Positions 12,768 to 25,082 are shown, counted from the whole stretch's first letter. The stretch: DNA of 63,634 bases, filler included, from Atractiella rhizophila (GCA_021432655.1; 4 parts of 4 records of this genome joined end to end with filler, not necessarily neighbours in it), one strand, 5' to 3'. Notes: a model not told the origin generated them from the letters alone. Numbers and translations are program-made.

Positions 12768-13358
12768 ATTCCGTTGCCGCAGCTTTCTCTGTGAGAAGTA
12801 AGGCCCACAGTTGCCTATGGATTGTACATTTGTACGGAACATCGCATTTAATCTGCAGTTTACCATAATCAAGTTTTACCGCCTGCATTTTTTACCTCAG
12901 TTTTTGCGCTCCTACCTGATCTCGGTAATGGCAGCTGTTCTTATATTGAATAACAGTACTGTCTTGAGTAAATCGCTCAAGCTTCAGCGTCGAGTCGCGC
13001 ATCCGCGTCCTGCCGTGAACGATGGCAAGGGTTGCAATAACGAGAATGAAAAGGATATTTTGGAGCCGCATATGCTGCTTTCGTTCGCCATGAGCTAATC
13101 AAGCTCACAATCATACAATGCACATCATCATACTTGGCGCCTTTGTTTGCTCTGAATATTCGACTACTAGTTCAATTGAGCGCAACCAACGCTGTTTGAG
13201 TGACTGCTTGAGAGAGGACTGTCATTTATCATACGAACAGCTGTAACCGCGACTGGCAACGGAGGTGGTCTTGCAAAGCAAGCATTATGTATTGATGGTA
13301 AGACATTGAACGTAAGTACTGGAATCAACCCCCAAAAATAAATTGCAGCTTGTCCCAT

Positions 13359-15686
13359 TTAAAATAGGCGGCGGATGTATTTAAGAGGTCCAGTACCAAT
13401 CCTCGCTTCCCTCTCAGCAGCGAGCTGTTCAGCAGAGTCCCAACTATTGGTCCCGTTAGCTTGACCAGTTAAATCATAGGTAGATGCGAGACATACCATT
13501 TCCTTCCAGTGTCAAGATCAATCTCTGATGCTTTCCTGAACCCATCACGCTTGAAGAAGAATGCGATGGCCCAGAATGCAAGAACGATGGGGAAGGCAAG
13601 ATCTAGAAAATCAAGGATGAGTGGGATACAACAGTCGTAGAAGATTCGACGGACAGCTCAAAAAGAATCCCTCAGCAGTGGGAGCGCTGCCATCGATGGG
13701 GTCGACAGCGACGTAGAGCTGCAAGATAAGCACGAGGACGACGAGGAACAGTCCAAGGTAAGATCCGGGAACGCCAAAGGCTGCCTTGAAGGGGATCTCT
13801 CCAAGGTCCTTCCCTTGAGCCTTCCACGCAGCGCGGAACCTAATGTGAGCAACCTACAATCACTGTCAGTCATCGATAATGTAGGTGGGACGACTACATA
13901 CACAGATAGATCCCCAAGTGAAGAGAGTGGAAAGACCCGAAAGTGCTAGAAGCCAATCGAAAGCAGTGAGACCTTTCTTTGCCAGGGAAACATAGGCGAG
14001 GGGTCCAAAGACAATGATCGTAGTGACGGCTACAAGAGGTCGCCCAGCTTTATCGACATAGCTGCAAAACCGGTTCAGTTTTCAGGCCGCTTTAGTCACA
14101 AAACACGTACGTGAAGATGGAAGGGGCATAACCTTGGTGTCCGAGACCTTGAAGCGTTCGGCTTCCAGCGAAAACACAAGACATGGCGATGGAGAGGACG
14201 GAAAGACAGATGACGACGTTGACGACTGATGGGAGACCTGCGACGTTGGCTCGTCGGATGACAATGACGAAGGGGGAGAAGTTCGCATCCCAGGAAGAAG
14301 TGCCGAAAAGATCTACGAATATGCTATCAACGCACGAAGTTGTGCCACAGAGACCATATAAAGCGTACCTGGGTCGTCATAGGGGATCAGGAGGCCACAG
14401 AACAAGAGCGACATCACATAAATTAAGGTAACACGCCAAAATGTCAAATTTATCGCTGAAGGCATATGCTTCTTCGGTTGCGCTGTTTCCGAGGCAGCAA
14501 GCGCGATGATCTTTGTTTCTGGGTTAGTGGGCTCATGGATTCATGGATTAGAAATAGACAAACCTCAGTACCAGCGAAAGAGAAAGCGGCCGTGACGAAT
14601 ACGGAGCAAACACCGGGGAAACCGTTGGCAAAAGCGCCAGGGCTGTTCCAGTACCGTCCTCCCACGTACGAATCGTAGTCGGACCCAGATTTTCCACCAC
14701 CAAGAACCATGATGAGGGCGAAGATGAGGAATCCAATAACAGTCCTGGTCTCAAGGTCATGCAAGAGAAATAGAAAGAGCACCAGACTTACAAGAGTTTG
14801 ATCCAACTGGTCCAGAATTCCTCTTCGGCGAAACCAATCGGAAATATGTTGACAATGATGACAGTAATGAAAAACACGGTAATCCAGACAGCTTGAGAGA
14901 TATCGTCCCTCCAGAACGACACGGTAACGGCAGCAGCAATCAATTCGAGAGGAAGCACGACAGCCCATTGCAAGACGTAGTTCCTGTGTCCCCACTTGGT
15001 GAGGATCACGTGACACAGAACGCAGAAACTTACCATCCCATGGCCATTGCCCAAGACGGCTGAATGAAGCGATCGGACAAGGTATAGAATCCACCGGTGA
15101 CAGGGTACATGATAGCCAGTTCTGCATCCAAATCATTGACAAAGTTTCCATGCTGGGGGGAGAGACTAACCTCCGGCAGCTTGCATGACCATAAGCAACA
15201 TGATACCCATGATGAGCCATGCAATGAGGACACCAGCGGGTCCTCCGCGAGTGAGAGCACCTCCACTACCAATAAAGAGACCTGCAGAGTTCATATCAAG
15301 CTTGTCCGCGTCTAGTAGGGAACAAAACGAACCGGTTCCAATGGAACCAGCGACAGCCAACATCTGGAGATGTCGGTTTTTGAACTGATGCTGCATTGCA
15401 GAACCCTCCTTTGCAGCCATTTGATCAACAGGCTTTCCGCTCGCCTCAGCAGCTTCGACGTCAATTTTGTGGATGACTGCATTGGGAGCCCTCTTGAAGG
15501 ATTCCACGGTCAATCCCAAGCGAGTCCATCTTCACCACGTTCTGTAAGCCTCAAGATTGGGTGGGTGTAGAACAAAGCTTACTTGGACTCATGTGAAGGA
15601 TCCCACAATCCATCGTAGGAAGCAGCTTTGGTCGTAACGACCGTGTGATCCTCCTTAGAGGGGGAATACGCCTTTTCATCCGACAT
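13359..15686 (-). CDS. Amino-acid permease, yeast amino acid transporter (YAT/APC) family, Gap1-like
   Basis: [77 protein letters not shown]; starts MSDEKAYSPS, ends KYIRRLF* (13359-13361). Confidence 0.92.
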
Positions 15687-15852
15687 TGTGGCTGAAACTA
15701 ACAAAGCTGTCGGGAAAGAAGGAGAAGTGGCGGGAAGCGAGAAGGAGGGAAGGAGTGGTTCTCGATGAGGGTAAAAATCCTTACAGGGGCGGGGCGAGCC
15801 TTTTAAGCAGAGCTGAACGTCCTGATCTGCGTGCGACAAGACAGTGACAGAG

Positions 15853-15904
15853 TTATCACGCGATTGGGTCTTGGCTCATTCATTGCTGTTCTATCTCTTG
15901 ATAA
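15853..15904. promoter_or_regulatory. Cluster of three HGATAR (GATA-factor) sites upstream of the amino-acid permease
   Basis: TTATCA 15853-15858, CTATCT 15891-15896 and TGATAA 15899-15904, about 170-220 nt upstream of the permease ATG; consistent with AreA/Gln3-type nitrogen regulation. Confidence 0.4.
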
Positions 15905-18044
15905 GACGACAACAGATTACTACCGAGGCCTTCTCCGATGGCCATTGCATGTCTGTGGACGACACCAGGACATAAGCGTGCTCTCTCCTCGCTCGTACAC
16001 TCGAATGAAGACAGTTCGTTTTCAAGACAGCGAGAGTAAGCAGTTGCACACGACCTTGTTCCTTTCCCCAACATTTCAACAATCTGCTTCCGAAATTCGG
16101 CATCATTATTGCCAACGGTACTGCCAAGATCCGAATGCCTTGGTATCACCGCAAATGGAGAGAAGGAGGAAACAGCGTTCTACGTATCAGCATGACCGCG
16201 AGGCAACTTGGCAACATCATCTGTCTGAAGATTCTCAGAGCCCAGTAAACAAAGATAGCAACGCGAAGAGGAAGCTGAGGGCGCTGAGGTTTTGAGATCT
16301 CAAGGAGGGAGATTGCACATGACATCTTGGCGACTCGATATTGAACTGGATACGTGTGCGCCAAGCTACTACCCTGCATTTTTTTCACACCCTCTGGCGG
16401 TTCCCCGTAGCACACAAAATGTGCAGGGTTTACTTGTCCTTTAGCAGGAACCGACTTGAACGGCGATGTCAGGAGCAAGGCACCACTCAATGGAATGTGT
16501 AAAGCCGAAGCCGGACTCTGGTCATCGACGTTTCAACCGTGAGGAGAAGAGTCCCACTTTCCATTGACCTTATTATTTAGCAAATGGAGCAAAAGGTAAC
16601 GATGGAATGCCGTCAGAGCTCGACGATGACAATGGCAACCCGAAGGATGTGGCTAGATTTGCCAGTCTCCATCCTGCCTGCATCACCTGAACAGCTACAT
16701 CCAGGACATGTGTACTTTCCCAATCCAAAAGTCACATCCAACGAACGGGTCGAAGGAGACGTAATAGTTTCGGCAACTCCTTAATGTTTACTGTAATTTT
16801 ATTGCGAATTTCCTTTAACGATAGACTGAAAAGCCCGATTGCAAGGCAATCTGTGAAACCTGGCAAAGGAGATTTGCGTACCGTTCCTTTACACCTCTTC
16901 CCTAAACACAATTCAATATCAGCAACAATGAAGATCCAGCATTTCCATTCCATCCTCCTGCATTTATCCACCAATTATCACACAAACCACAAACCAGGAA
17001 ACAAGAAAGAAAGGTCGACCGCTTTAAATCAACGAGGTGTTCCAAAAATAGAGTAAGTGAGGGAGCACGAGCTCGCTTGCCGGGTCGGACGCTCGTGGGT
17101 TCGGCTCTACTATGCAGTGGGCAAAAACGCACCTTAAGATATCGAACAACATGTTCCCAGCAAATTTCATTTAGCTGAGATACACTGCAGTATTGAGTTT
17201 GATGCAATCTGCGTGGATGCAACGATTTAGTAACCGTCATCCTAGCTCTCGATTATCCATCAGTTGGTTAACCAGCAACCAGTCTTCCTTCGCCAGCAAT
17301 GTGACGTTGAGATTCGTTTCATTGTTTGGCCATGGTGGCACGGAAAATCTTAGAGCAAGATTCGAAGGTGGACAGTTCAAAGAATTGGTGTTTTTTTGGT
17401 AATATTCAGACTCGAAACTCGAACTGAAATTGAAGCAGCAACAATAGAGGCGACAAGGCATGGATTGCAACCTAGATTTATAAAATACAAGAGAAGCTTC
17501 AGTTATAAAGAATTACAGAGCAATATCTTGAAAGTCGTCCCTAACTTGAGGGAAGTGTATAGGAACGACAATGAGCAGGAAAGTCATGACCGAAGTCATG
17601 AAGAATGGGGTATGGACAACACATCATAAAGATAAGCGAGAGGTGAAATTCTGAAACCGTTTGCACAGAATTTATTTTCATAAAGGATCGAGGACGCCAA
17701 CCAAAACAAGAGCAAGATAGACCGTTTGAAGGAGGAAGGAACGAGTAGGACAGAAAATACGTAGAGAAAGAGGGTAGCTTAAACATCGTAGTACCGAAAC
17801 AAGTCAAACAGTAGCACAAGACAAAACATTATTTATGGAGTAAACAGTACAAGCGGCGAATCAACTCCTTGCGAACCAAAGGAAAGAATCGATAGAAGAG
17901 GGTGGAACCGGACTTCTACTATGCAATCAGAACGAAGAGGGATGAAATGACAGAAAGCTGCTTTAAACCGACAAAACCCAGAACAAGAGAAGAGAGATAC
18001 AAGATCGTGACATTTACCATTGAGAAGTTACTAACGAGGTTAGG

Positions 18045-19717
18045 TTACAAGACCCTTGGATCAATCGTCGTTCCCCTTCCGTGGACGGGAACCGAGTCTT
18101 GTTCGGTTGGTGTAGCTTCGGCAGGAATAGCTGCTGTTGTAACAGGAATATCGCCCCAATATGGTTGAGGTGGGACGTAGGAAGGGTATACGTTGGAACG
18201 AACTGGTTGAGGGGAGGCATCGTAAACTGGGGCAGAGGCAGAAGCGAGCGCATAAAGTTGGACTGGTTGATGCACTGGATATGAAGGATACAGGAGAGGT
18301 TGATGGTGAGAAGTGCCGACGTTCATGTAAAGAGCATTAACGCTGTCATCAAACGTGTGGATAGCAGGATTTTGTGCAATGAAGTTGGAAGAAATCGGTC
18401 CTGGCGCATACTCGTATTGTTGAGTTGGAGGCGGAGCAGGGAATTGATAATCGGCCATTGAGATTGAACCAGGGGTAGGTTGAGGAGGTTGTCCAGTTGA
18501 AAAGACATTCTGAATGTATCCCTCTTGATGCCTTTCGTCCGGAGTGATGACTGGTGTAAGCGACATATCGGAAGGCGTAAAAGTCCCGTTGATGGAAGCA
18601 GTCGGCGGACAGACATAAATGTCAGGCGTTGGAGCGACGCTAGTCTGCTGATCCTGTCGGCTTCGCATTCGTTGGGCGCGGGTAATACGAGGGGCTGACT
18701 GAATGACTTCGACCAGCGAATTTCTGCGTGAGGTGGAGATATAGTCTTCGATGGAACGAGATTTCTTGAGTTTCGAGGCAGCAGCTCTCTTCTTGCGGCT
18801 TGTCGTTATTGAATGGTCTCCCGACTTTCCGCGTCGATGAGGAACGTAGACATACCCTTTAAGAAAATGTATTCATCAATCCCTCATGCATTCATCGAGA
18901 AAGGAAGAACGAACCGGGATGCTTCTCCTGGTGCAACTGTTTGATTGTTTCTTGGAGAGCCTCAAAAACCCTTCTTCCCTCAATATCCATCGACTTCCAC
19001 TTCTGACCCAAGGTCTTGCTCCTATCTTTCTCTCTCCCTTCTGCCATCAAGCCATGATGCCATTCCGCGGCTTGCTCCAGCAACAGTCCGACCCGACTAC
19101 CTTTCGGAATGACTCCACCTTCGAAATACGGTTCAAATTCCTGTCGTCGACCTTCCACCGTCTTCCTATACAACATAAACTGATTCGGAGGCCGCTTTAT
19201 CGTCCGTCTGCCTGGCAAAGAGCGAGCGGTAGGAATACGAGGAGAATCTTCACCCTCCTCCTCGCCGGATCCGGAACCATCCATGTCAGCTCCCAAACAA
19301 GGGCTGGAAGATCTCCAGGATCCATTCCCTTGCACTTGGAGGTCTTGTGGTGATAGCGAACGGGCATCTCGAGCGATCGGAGGAATGGGGAAACCGTCGA
19401 GAGAGAGGTAAACGGGTTGAAAATGTGGATTTGACGCGAACTGTTTGTCATCCGTGTCAGACAGGATAAAACGTGTTCCAAATTCGCTATTTCATCAAAC
19501 AACAAACAGCAATCCCCCCATCCACAGGAAAGAGAGAAAAAACAGCTCACTTTGTGTATATTTGAGATCCGGACACAGGTGAGTGTTTGCGCGAGCGAAT
19601 TGGGGAAGGAGATCGTGAGATGGCGAGAGATTGAAGTGGTGTATGTTCGCGAGCGAACGTGGACGCAGGTGGCGGAGGATCGAAAAGAAGCGGTGACGGT
19701 GATCCAGAGGCGGTCAT
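18045..19717 (-). CDS. Sequence-specific HMG-box transcription factor (MATA-HMG type; Prf1/Ste11-like candidate)
   Basis: IKRPPNQFMLYR...SKTLGQKWKSMDIEGRRVFEALQETIKQLHQEKHPG|YVYVPHRR (intron after HPG); Pro/Gln/Tyr-rich C-terminal tail (ORF 18045-18668); ATG 19717 MTASGSPSP with GTGAGC donor after ...IYTK. Confidence 0.85.
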
Positions 19718-19933
19718 ATTATAATAACGAGGTCTGATTAGCAAATTATTCCGCCAATAAACTGTGTAATGATCAAATGATAAAGCGCGATGAATGGTGG
19801 TTCTGAAAGTCACGCTTGGACGTTTAAGTACAATGCAGATTCCGGAAAGGGAAGAGACGCGCTTCCACATTGTGTCGCAGATTTGAGCAAAACCCGTCCT
19901 TGTTGTCAAATCCGGACAAGTTGGACGCACTTC

Positions 19934-20300
19934 CATTGTTAATATTCATTGTTGGATTTAGAAAGTCGAATTGAAGCACTGACTGCACTGATATCGGAGG
20001 GAAAAACATACCCCTTCCTGGTTGAACATTCTTTGCACTGCAGCGTGCGAAATGCTGATTAGAAGCAAAGTAAATTTGAAAAGTAGGCAAATAATATTAG
20101 GGAAAGACGAAGCCAAAGTGATCGCAGGGTTGAAAGGGAAAGAGAGAAGAAAAGGACCTGCCGCCTCTTTTCAAGAGTGGAGAGAACATGAAACTTGTAG
20201 TTTAAGGTTTGTGAAAAGTCAGATTTGTGCAGTTGAACAAAGAGAAGGTTCGGAGATTAAACATGAATCCACTCTGGTGGGCTTCCGTTGCACAAAGGGA
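19934..20300. promoter_or_regulatory. HMG-box binding-type motifs upstream of the HMG gene, including a PRE consensus
   Basis: CATTGTT at 19934-19940 and 19947-19953; ACAAAGAGA 20237-20245; ACAAAGGGA 20292-20300 (exact Ustilago maydis pheromone-response element). Confidence 0.4.
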
Positions 20301-22335
20301 AAGAAACAACCCTTTCAACCATTTTGAACATGTCATTCATGTCATTCAAATCTTTGAATTCATGCTGATTCGAATCCAAACAGTCCGTGCCATGCACCTT
20401 CTACGTTGAGGGACTCGAGCTCGTGCATCAGCCAAACTCTGAAAATCCCAAATGACAGGAGATGTCTTCAGCACATTAGCATTGGTGGGACATCCCAACG
20501 GGCACGCATGGACCGGAAACCGACACCTCGAAGAGTAAGGAAGAATAGTCTAGTGTTGTTGGCAAGCCCCAAACTCAAGAATCTCAATGGGAAACATTTC
20601 CTGCAGAAAATCAACTTGCGAAAAAAAACCAGAATCGAGGACACAGCTCGAATTTTCGCCTCACTTGAGCAGGAAACGCGGGGTGAAGCACTTCTGTTCT
20701 CTTCCGTGTGGTCGCATGAATGTCAAGGTCTTTCAAGATAGACGGAGGCAGTCATCTCGGGCGAGTTGGTGAAGAGCTGTGGGATCGGGAACAATGGCAT
20801 ACGCANNNNNNNNNNNNNNNNNNNNNNNNNNNNNNNNNNNNNNNNNNNNNNNNNNNNNNNNNNNNNNNNNNNNNNNNNNNNNNNNNNNNNNNNNNNNNNN
20901 NNNNNNNNNNNNNNNNNNNNNNNNNNNNNNNNNNNNNNNNNNNNNNNNNNNNNNNNNNNNNNNNNNNNNNNNNNNNNNNNNNNNNNNNNNNNNNNNNNNN
21001 NNNNNNNNNNNNNNNNNNNNNNNNNNNNNNNNNNNNNNNNNNNNNNNNNNNNNNNNNNNNNNNNNNNNNNNNNNNNNNNNNNNNNNNNNNNNNNNNNNNN
21101 NNNNNNNNNNNNNNNNNNNNNNNNNNNNNNNNNNNNNNNNNNNNNNNNNNNNNNNNNNNNNNNNNNNNNNNNNNNNNNNNNNNNNNNNNNNNNNNNNNNN
21201 NNNNNNNNNNNNNNNNNNNNNNNNNNNNNNNNNNNNNNNNNNNNNNNNNNNNNNNNNNNNNNNNNNNNNNNNNNNNNNNNNNNNNNNNNNNNNNNNNNNN
21301 NNNNNNNNNNNNNNNNNNNNNNNNNNNNNNNNNNNNNNNNNNNNNNNNNNNNNNNNNNNNNNNNNNNNNNNNNNNNNNNNNNNNNNNNNNNNNNNNNNNN
21401 NNNNNNNNNNNNNNNNNNNNNNNNNNNNNNNNNNNNNNNNNNNNNNNNNNNNNNNNNNNNNNNNNNNNNNNNNNNNNNNNNNNNNNNNNNNNNNNNNNNN
21501 NNNNNNNNNNNNNNNNNNNNNNNNNNNNNNNNNNNNNNNNNNNNNNNNNNNNNNNNNNNNNNNNNNNNNNNNNNNNNNNNNNNNNNNNNNNNNNNNNNNN
21601 NNNNNNNNNNNNNNNNNNNNNNNNNNNNNNNNNNNNNNNNNNNNNNNNNNNNNNNNNNNNNNNNNNNNNNTAAAGCGACGAATGTATTGCTCTTCTGCTC
21701 TACCAGAGAAGTACCCTGAGTAACGAGAGGCTCAGCACTCCTCGCCGCCCCTACCAGCCGGCACAGTAGTAGTTCAGACTCGAACAGGGCGAGTGCGATC
21801 GTCAATCGGCTAGATTGTTCCTGTTGCTTACTTTAAGTTAGCAAAACGGGAAGATAAGCGAAAACGGTATGAAGATGACCAGACAGTGATGCTGAACAGA
21901 ATCTGAGCTTCGAGGGGAATAGCTTCGTTCGTTGTGAGGATGAATGGGACGCGTGCTCTATGAAACTTCCCTCAGCTCAAGTTCTCAGCGCCATGCATAC
22001 GAATTTGAGGGAAGGATCTTTGGAGTCGTTACGCTCGCTTAATCTAGCCCGACACAAAGGGGTCAGCAAACACGATCCTGGGGGAACAATCGTTCCACAC
22101 GGAAATCTCATCACATTCTGTCACCTAAGTCTTACCACACCTTTCGCTTCTTAAGCTGAGTATCTGTTGCAGCTCACAGGAACAGAGGCGCGGGAGGGGA
22201 TCATCATGAACTGTATCAACCATTGATTGCACTTGCCCAACCAAATCAAGAATTAGCTATTTTCCACAAATCTAAAAGCCGAAAGGCACGAGACAGAGGG
22301 AGTGGCGGCTCACAAATTACAATCTCCCAATTTCT

Positions 22336-24408
22336 CTAAGCAGTAGCAACGTAAGGAGGGCCCAGGATCTTCCTAAAGCTTCCCAGGACGACTTCTACAA
22401 CCAGGAGGAGGACACCGCCGCCTGGGGCCAACCTGAGGACCTTTGGCACGAATCCCTTATATAACGCCGCAGGACCCTCTTCACGAGCGATGGTAAGAAG
22501 GGCGGGATAGGTCCAGTTATATTTCGGGGCTTGACCGCCAGCTGGGGTTGGGGAGTTTTGGATGCGGGACTTGACGACGTCGACTGTCGGATCCAACCCA
22601 GGTCATGATGAGTATTCAGCGTAGATTAGCAATGACGAGGAGGGGAGGAAACGAACATGGAGTGTTGAGCATCGTCCCTACCAATCCTCCGATAGAACCG
22701 GAGACGAAGTTGTTGCCCAGTTCTTGTGCCTTGCTCTGCTCCCATCACGACCATTCACCAGCTCAGCCCTCTCATAAATGCGGGAAGGAGGGGACAAGAG
22801 ACGCACCTTTGGCTTTGGAAGCAATGCGCGGACCTGGAAGATGCATCCAAAGTAACCGCCATTCCACCACTGTGCCACAGCCGCATCCATCAGCTTGATT
22901 CTGTTTAGAGGTGAAGGGAGACGATTGTGAGGTAAGGAGAGGGCGTAGGGAAATGCATGGTGGTAAGGAGGGAAACGCAGGTAGGAAAGAGACGCAAAGA
23001 AACACGAACAAGATGCCTCCAAAACGTGCTCTCGAACCCTTTATACATCCCCAATGCCCCATCAGCCGCGACGATCTTCTTGACGACGTCCAGGGGACCA
23101 CTATAAAGCCCAGCGGAGGCTTTATCCTGCAGACGGATCTTGACGAGTTCGAAGGGTACAACGACGACTAGCCAAATGAAGGAAAAAAGAGTCAGTTCTC
23201 AGGTCGCACTGCCATTTCTTTGCCTGTGCGAGAGGTGAATGGGATGGTAGGAGAAGACGCACACGACTCGGTAGCTCCAGCTGAACATCCGGTGAGGACG
23301 GAGAGTCCCTGGGTCATTTTCCTATCAGACGGAGGCACGGCGGAGCCGTACGCGAAGCCCATGTATGTCTTTCCCCAGAAGTCGTTCGCTGTTCACCGTG
23401 CCACATCCACCATCAGCGTTATACGGATGCCCCTCTCTGTTTCGGGGGCGGAGGGATGTCATACCCGAGAATTTAACTGCTCGCTTTGGGGCTTCGAGCA
23501 TCAAAGGAGCTGCGAGCCCGCGATAGAGACGTCCGAACCTGCATCCATTCACGTCCATCAACATTAAATAATCTACGAAAAGGGGAGGGAAGGATGAGGA
23601 GAGAGAGAGGAGAGGAGAGACGAACCCTTCAGCCTTGATGATCTTCCTGAACGCGTCCACCATCCCATTGTACTGCTCTCCAACGCCTTTCGTCTGCAAT
23701 TGCATCCGGGTCTTCACCTGTCGTTCACATTCCCATCTTCGATTAGTGCTTGTGCGATACGCGGGCGCAGTCCCAATCATTCAAATGGGTTGAAGATGGA
23801 AATGTGTGGATAGAGGCGAGATGGGTATCCAGGAAAGAGACGCACCACATCAAGCGGATACAGACACAATATCTCAGTTACTCCAGCAATAGCTCCAGCT
23901 GCGAACTGCACATTTCACAATGAGTTGGATGAAGGGCAGGAGTGCAGGGAAGACGCACCTGGTAGACGAAGGGAAGGGGTGGGAGCGGCGCCACATTGGT
24001 TACGGTGGGAGATTTTGGGGAAGACCTGTGGGGTATCAAGAGATAAGAGGAGTGAGTGAGATAGCTAGAGCAGAAGGGGAGAAGTGGTCATGTTGGGGAG
24101 GATGGCATGCCGGTCGAGATGTGTTTTTCTCGTTGGGCTACATGGATCCACCTTCAAAACTTCAAGGAACACACCATCCTGGCCATGATATTCATGCGCA
24201 GTTTGACAGATTGTTCTGCGAGGATGCACACGACAAGGTCGTCTACTCTATCCAGTCATGACCACTCGGAACACTCAACATGGATAGCAGAGCATCCATT
24301 TCAGAGCATGCTAACGAAACTACGCATGGCATAGTAAAATGATACAAGAACGGCAGCACAAAATGGAGTAAAAGGGAGGAGGGATGATTTGGAAGAAGGA
24401 GCTTACAT
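22336..24408 (-). CDS. ODC1: Mitochondrial 2-oxodicarboxylate (2-oxoadipate/2-oxoglutarate) carrier, SLC25A21/Odc family
   Basis: MSSPKSPTVTNVAPLPPLPFVYQ|FAAGAIAGVTEILCLYPLDV, LEAPKRAVKF, WNGGYFGCIFQVR, KYNWTYPALLTIAREEGPAALYKGFVPKVLRLAPGGGVLLLV; start codon split AT|G by intron 24406-24026. Confidence 0.93.
24088..24330 (-). ncRNA. Candidate intronic box H/ACA snoRNA in the first intron of the ODC gene
   Basis: On the minus strand: hairpin 1 closed by a 12-bp stem (24328-24317 with 24204-24193), H box AUAUCA (24191-24186), hairpin 2 with an 11-bp stem (24180-24170 with 24109-24099), then ACA at 24093-24091. Confidence 0.5.
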
Positions 24409-24563
24409 TTTTAGACTGTTGCCCGAAAGGCTCTGCAAAATAGGAATATGCTGAAGATTTGCGAATAACACGTATCTAGTGTTGCTCAGAGTGTGGATCT
24501 AGCTCTAGGTGACAACCGGTGACAGTAAGCGAGTGGCAGAATGGCAGGAGAAAAAGTTCAAAA

Positions 24564-24602
24564 GTCACGTGCTGAATTGTATTACCATGATGACTCATCA
24601 TG
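24564..24602. promoter_or_regulatory. Gcn4/CpcA (AP-1) element and E-box in the ODC promoter
   Basis: ATGACTCAT 24590-24598 inside the near-palindrome CATGATGACTCATCATG (24586-24602); GTCACGTG 24564-24571; about 160-190 nt upstream of the start codon. Confidence 0.5.
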
Positions 24603-25082
24603 ACAATCACTATCTTCGTCTTCGCATTCGTGACCTGTCTGCCTCATAGAATTTTCTCTTCGAACCTCCATCTCAGATTTCGCCGTGCGTTAAAGCCATT
24701 TCGAGGTTCTGTTCATTTGAGCGCGAAGAGGCAAGTTTGAAACAACACTTCAAGGAACAACTTTTGTTTTCGTGGCCGTTACTTGGTGGTCCGTTTCCCA
24801 GTCTGTCTCCGGGGAGTAGCTTGAGATAATAGTCTCCGCGACTCCTCGTCGTTACCAGTATGTCTTACGATTTTATGTTTTAGTTAGACTCTGTCGACGA
24901 AGCGACGAACTTGAGCGTATTTATCCTGAGAAGGAGCCTTGCACGCGAGCATTAAACGAGAGCACAAGCCGTTTGATTTTACGTGACGCAAGCTTGAAGA
25001 CAAATTGTGACCTAGATATTGGCGTGTTGACGGAGATGACGCGTTCAACTGTATAACCGGTCACAGAACGAGGAAGCATCGT

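Noticed and set aside
18045..19717. HMG gene as a mating-type locus
   Set aside because: Basidiomycete MAT loci are homeodomain and pheromone/receptor based; no homeodomain, STE3 or CAAX pheromone gene was seen in the window.
20806..21670. Long ORFs of X residues (also 60968-61658)
   Set aside because: Artefacts of translating N gaps.
23978..24011. Repeated CTCCCACC near the ODC start, suggesting a small insertion with target duplication
   Set aside because: The segment reads in frame (SPTVTNVAPLPP); a chance Pro-codon repeat.
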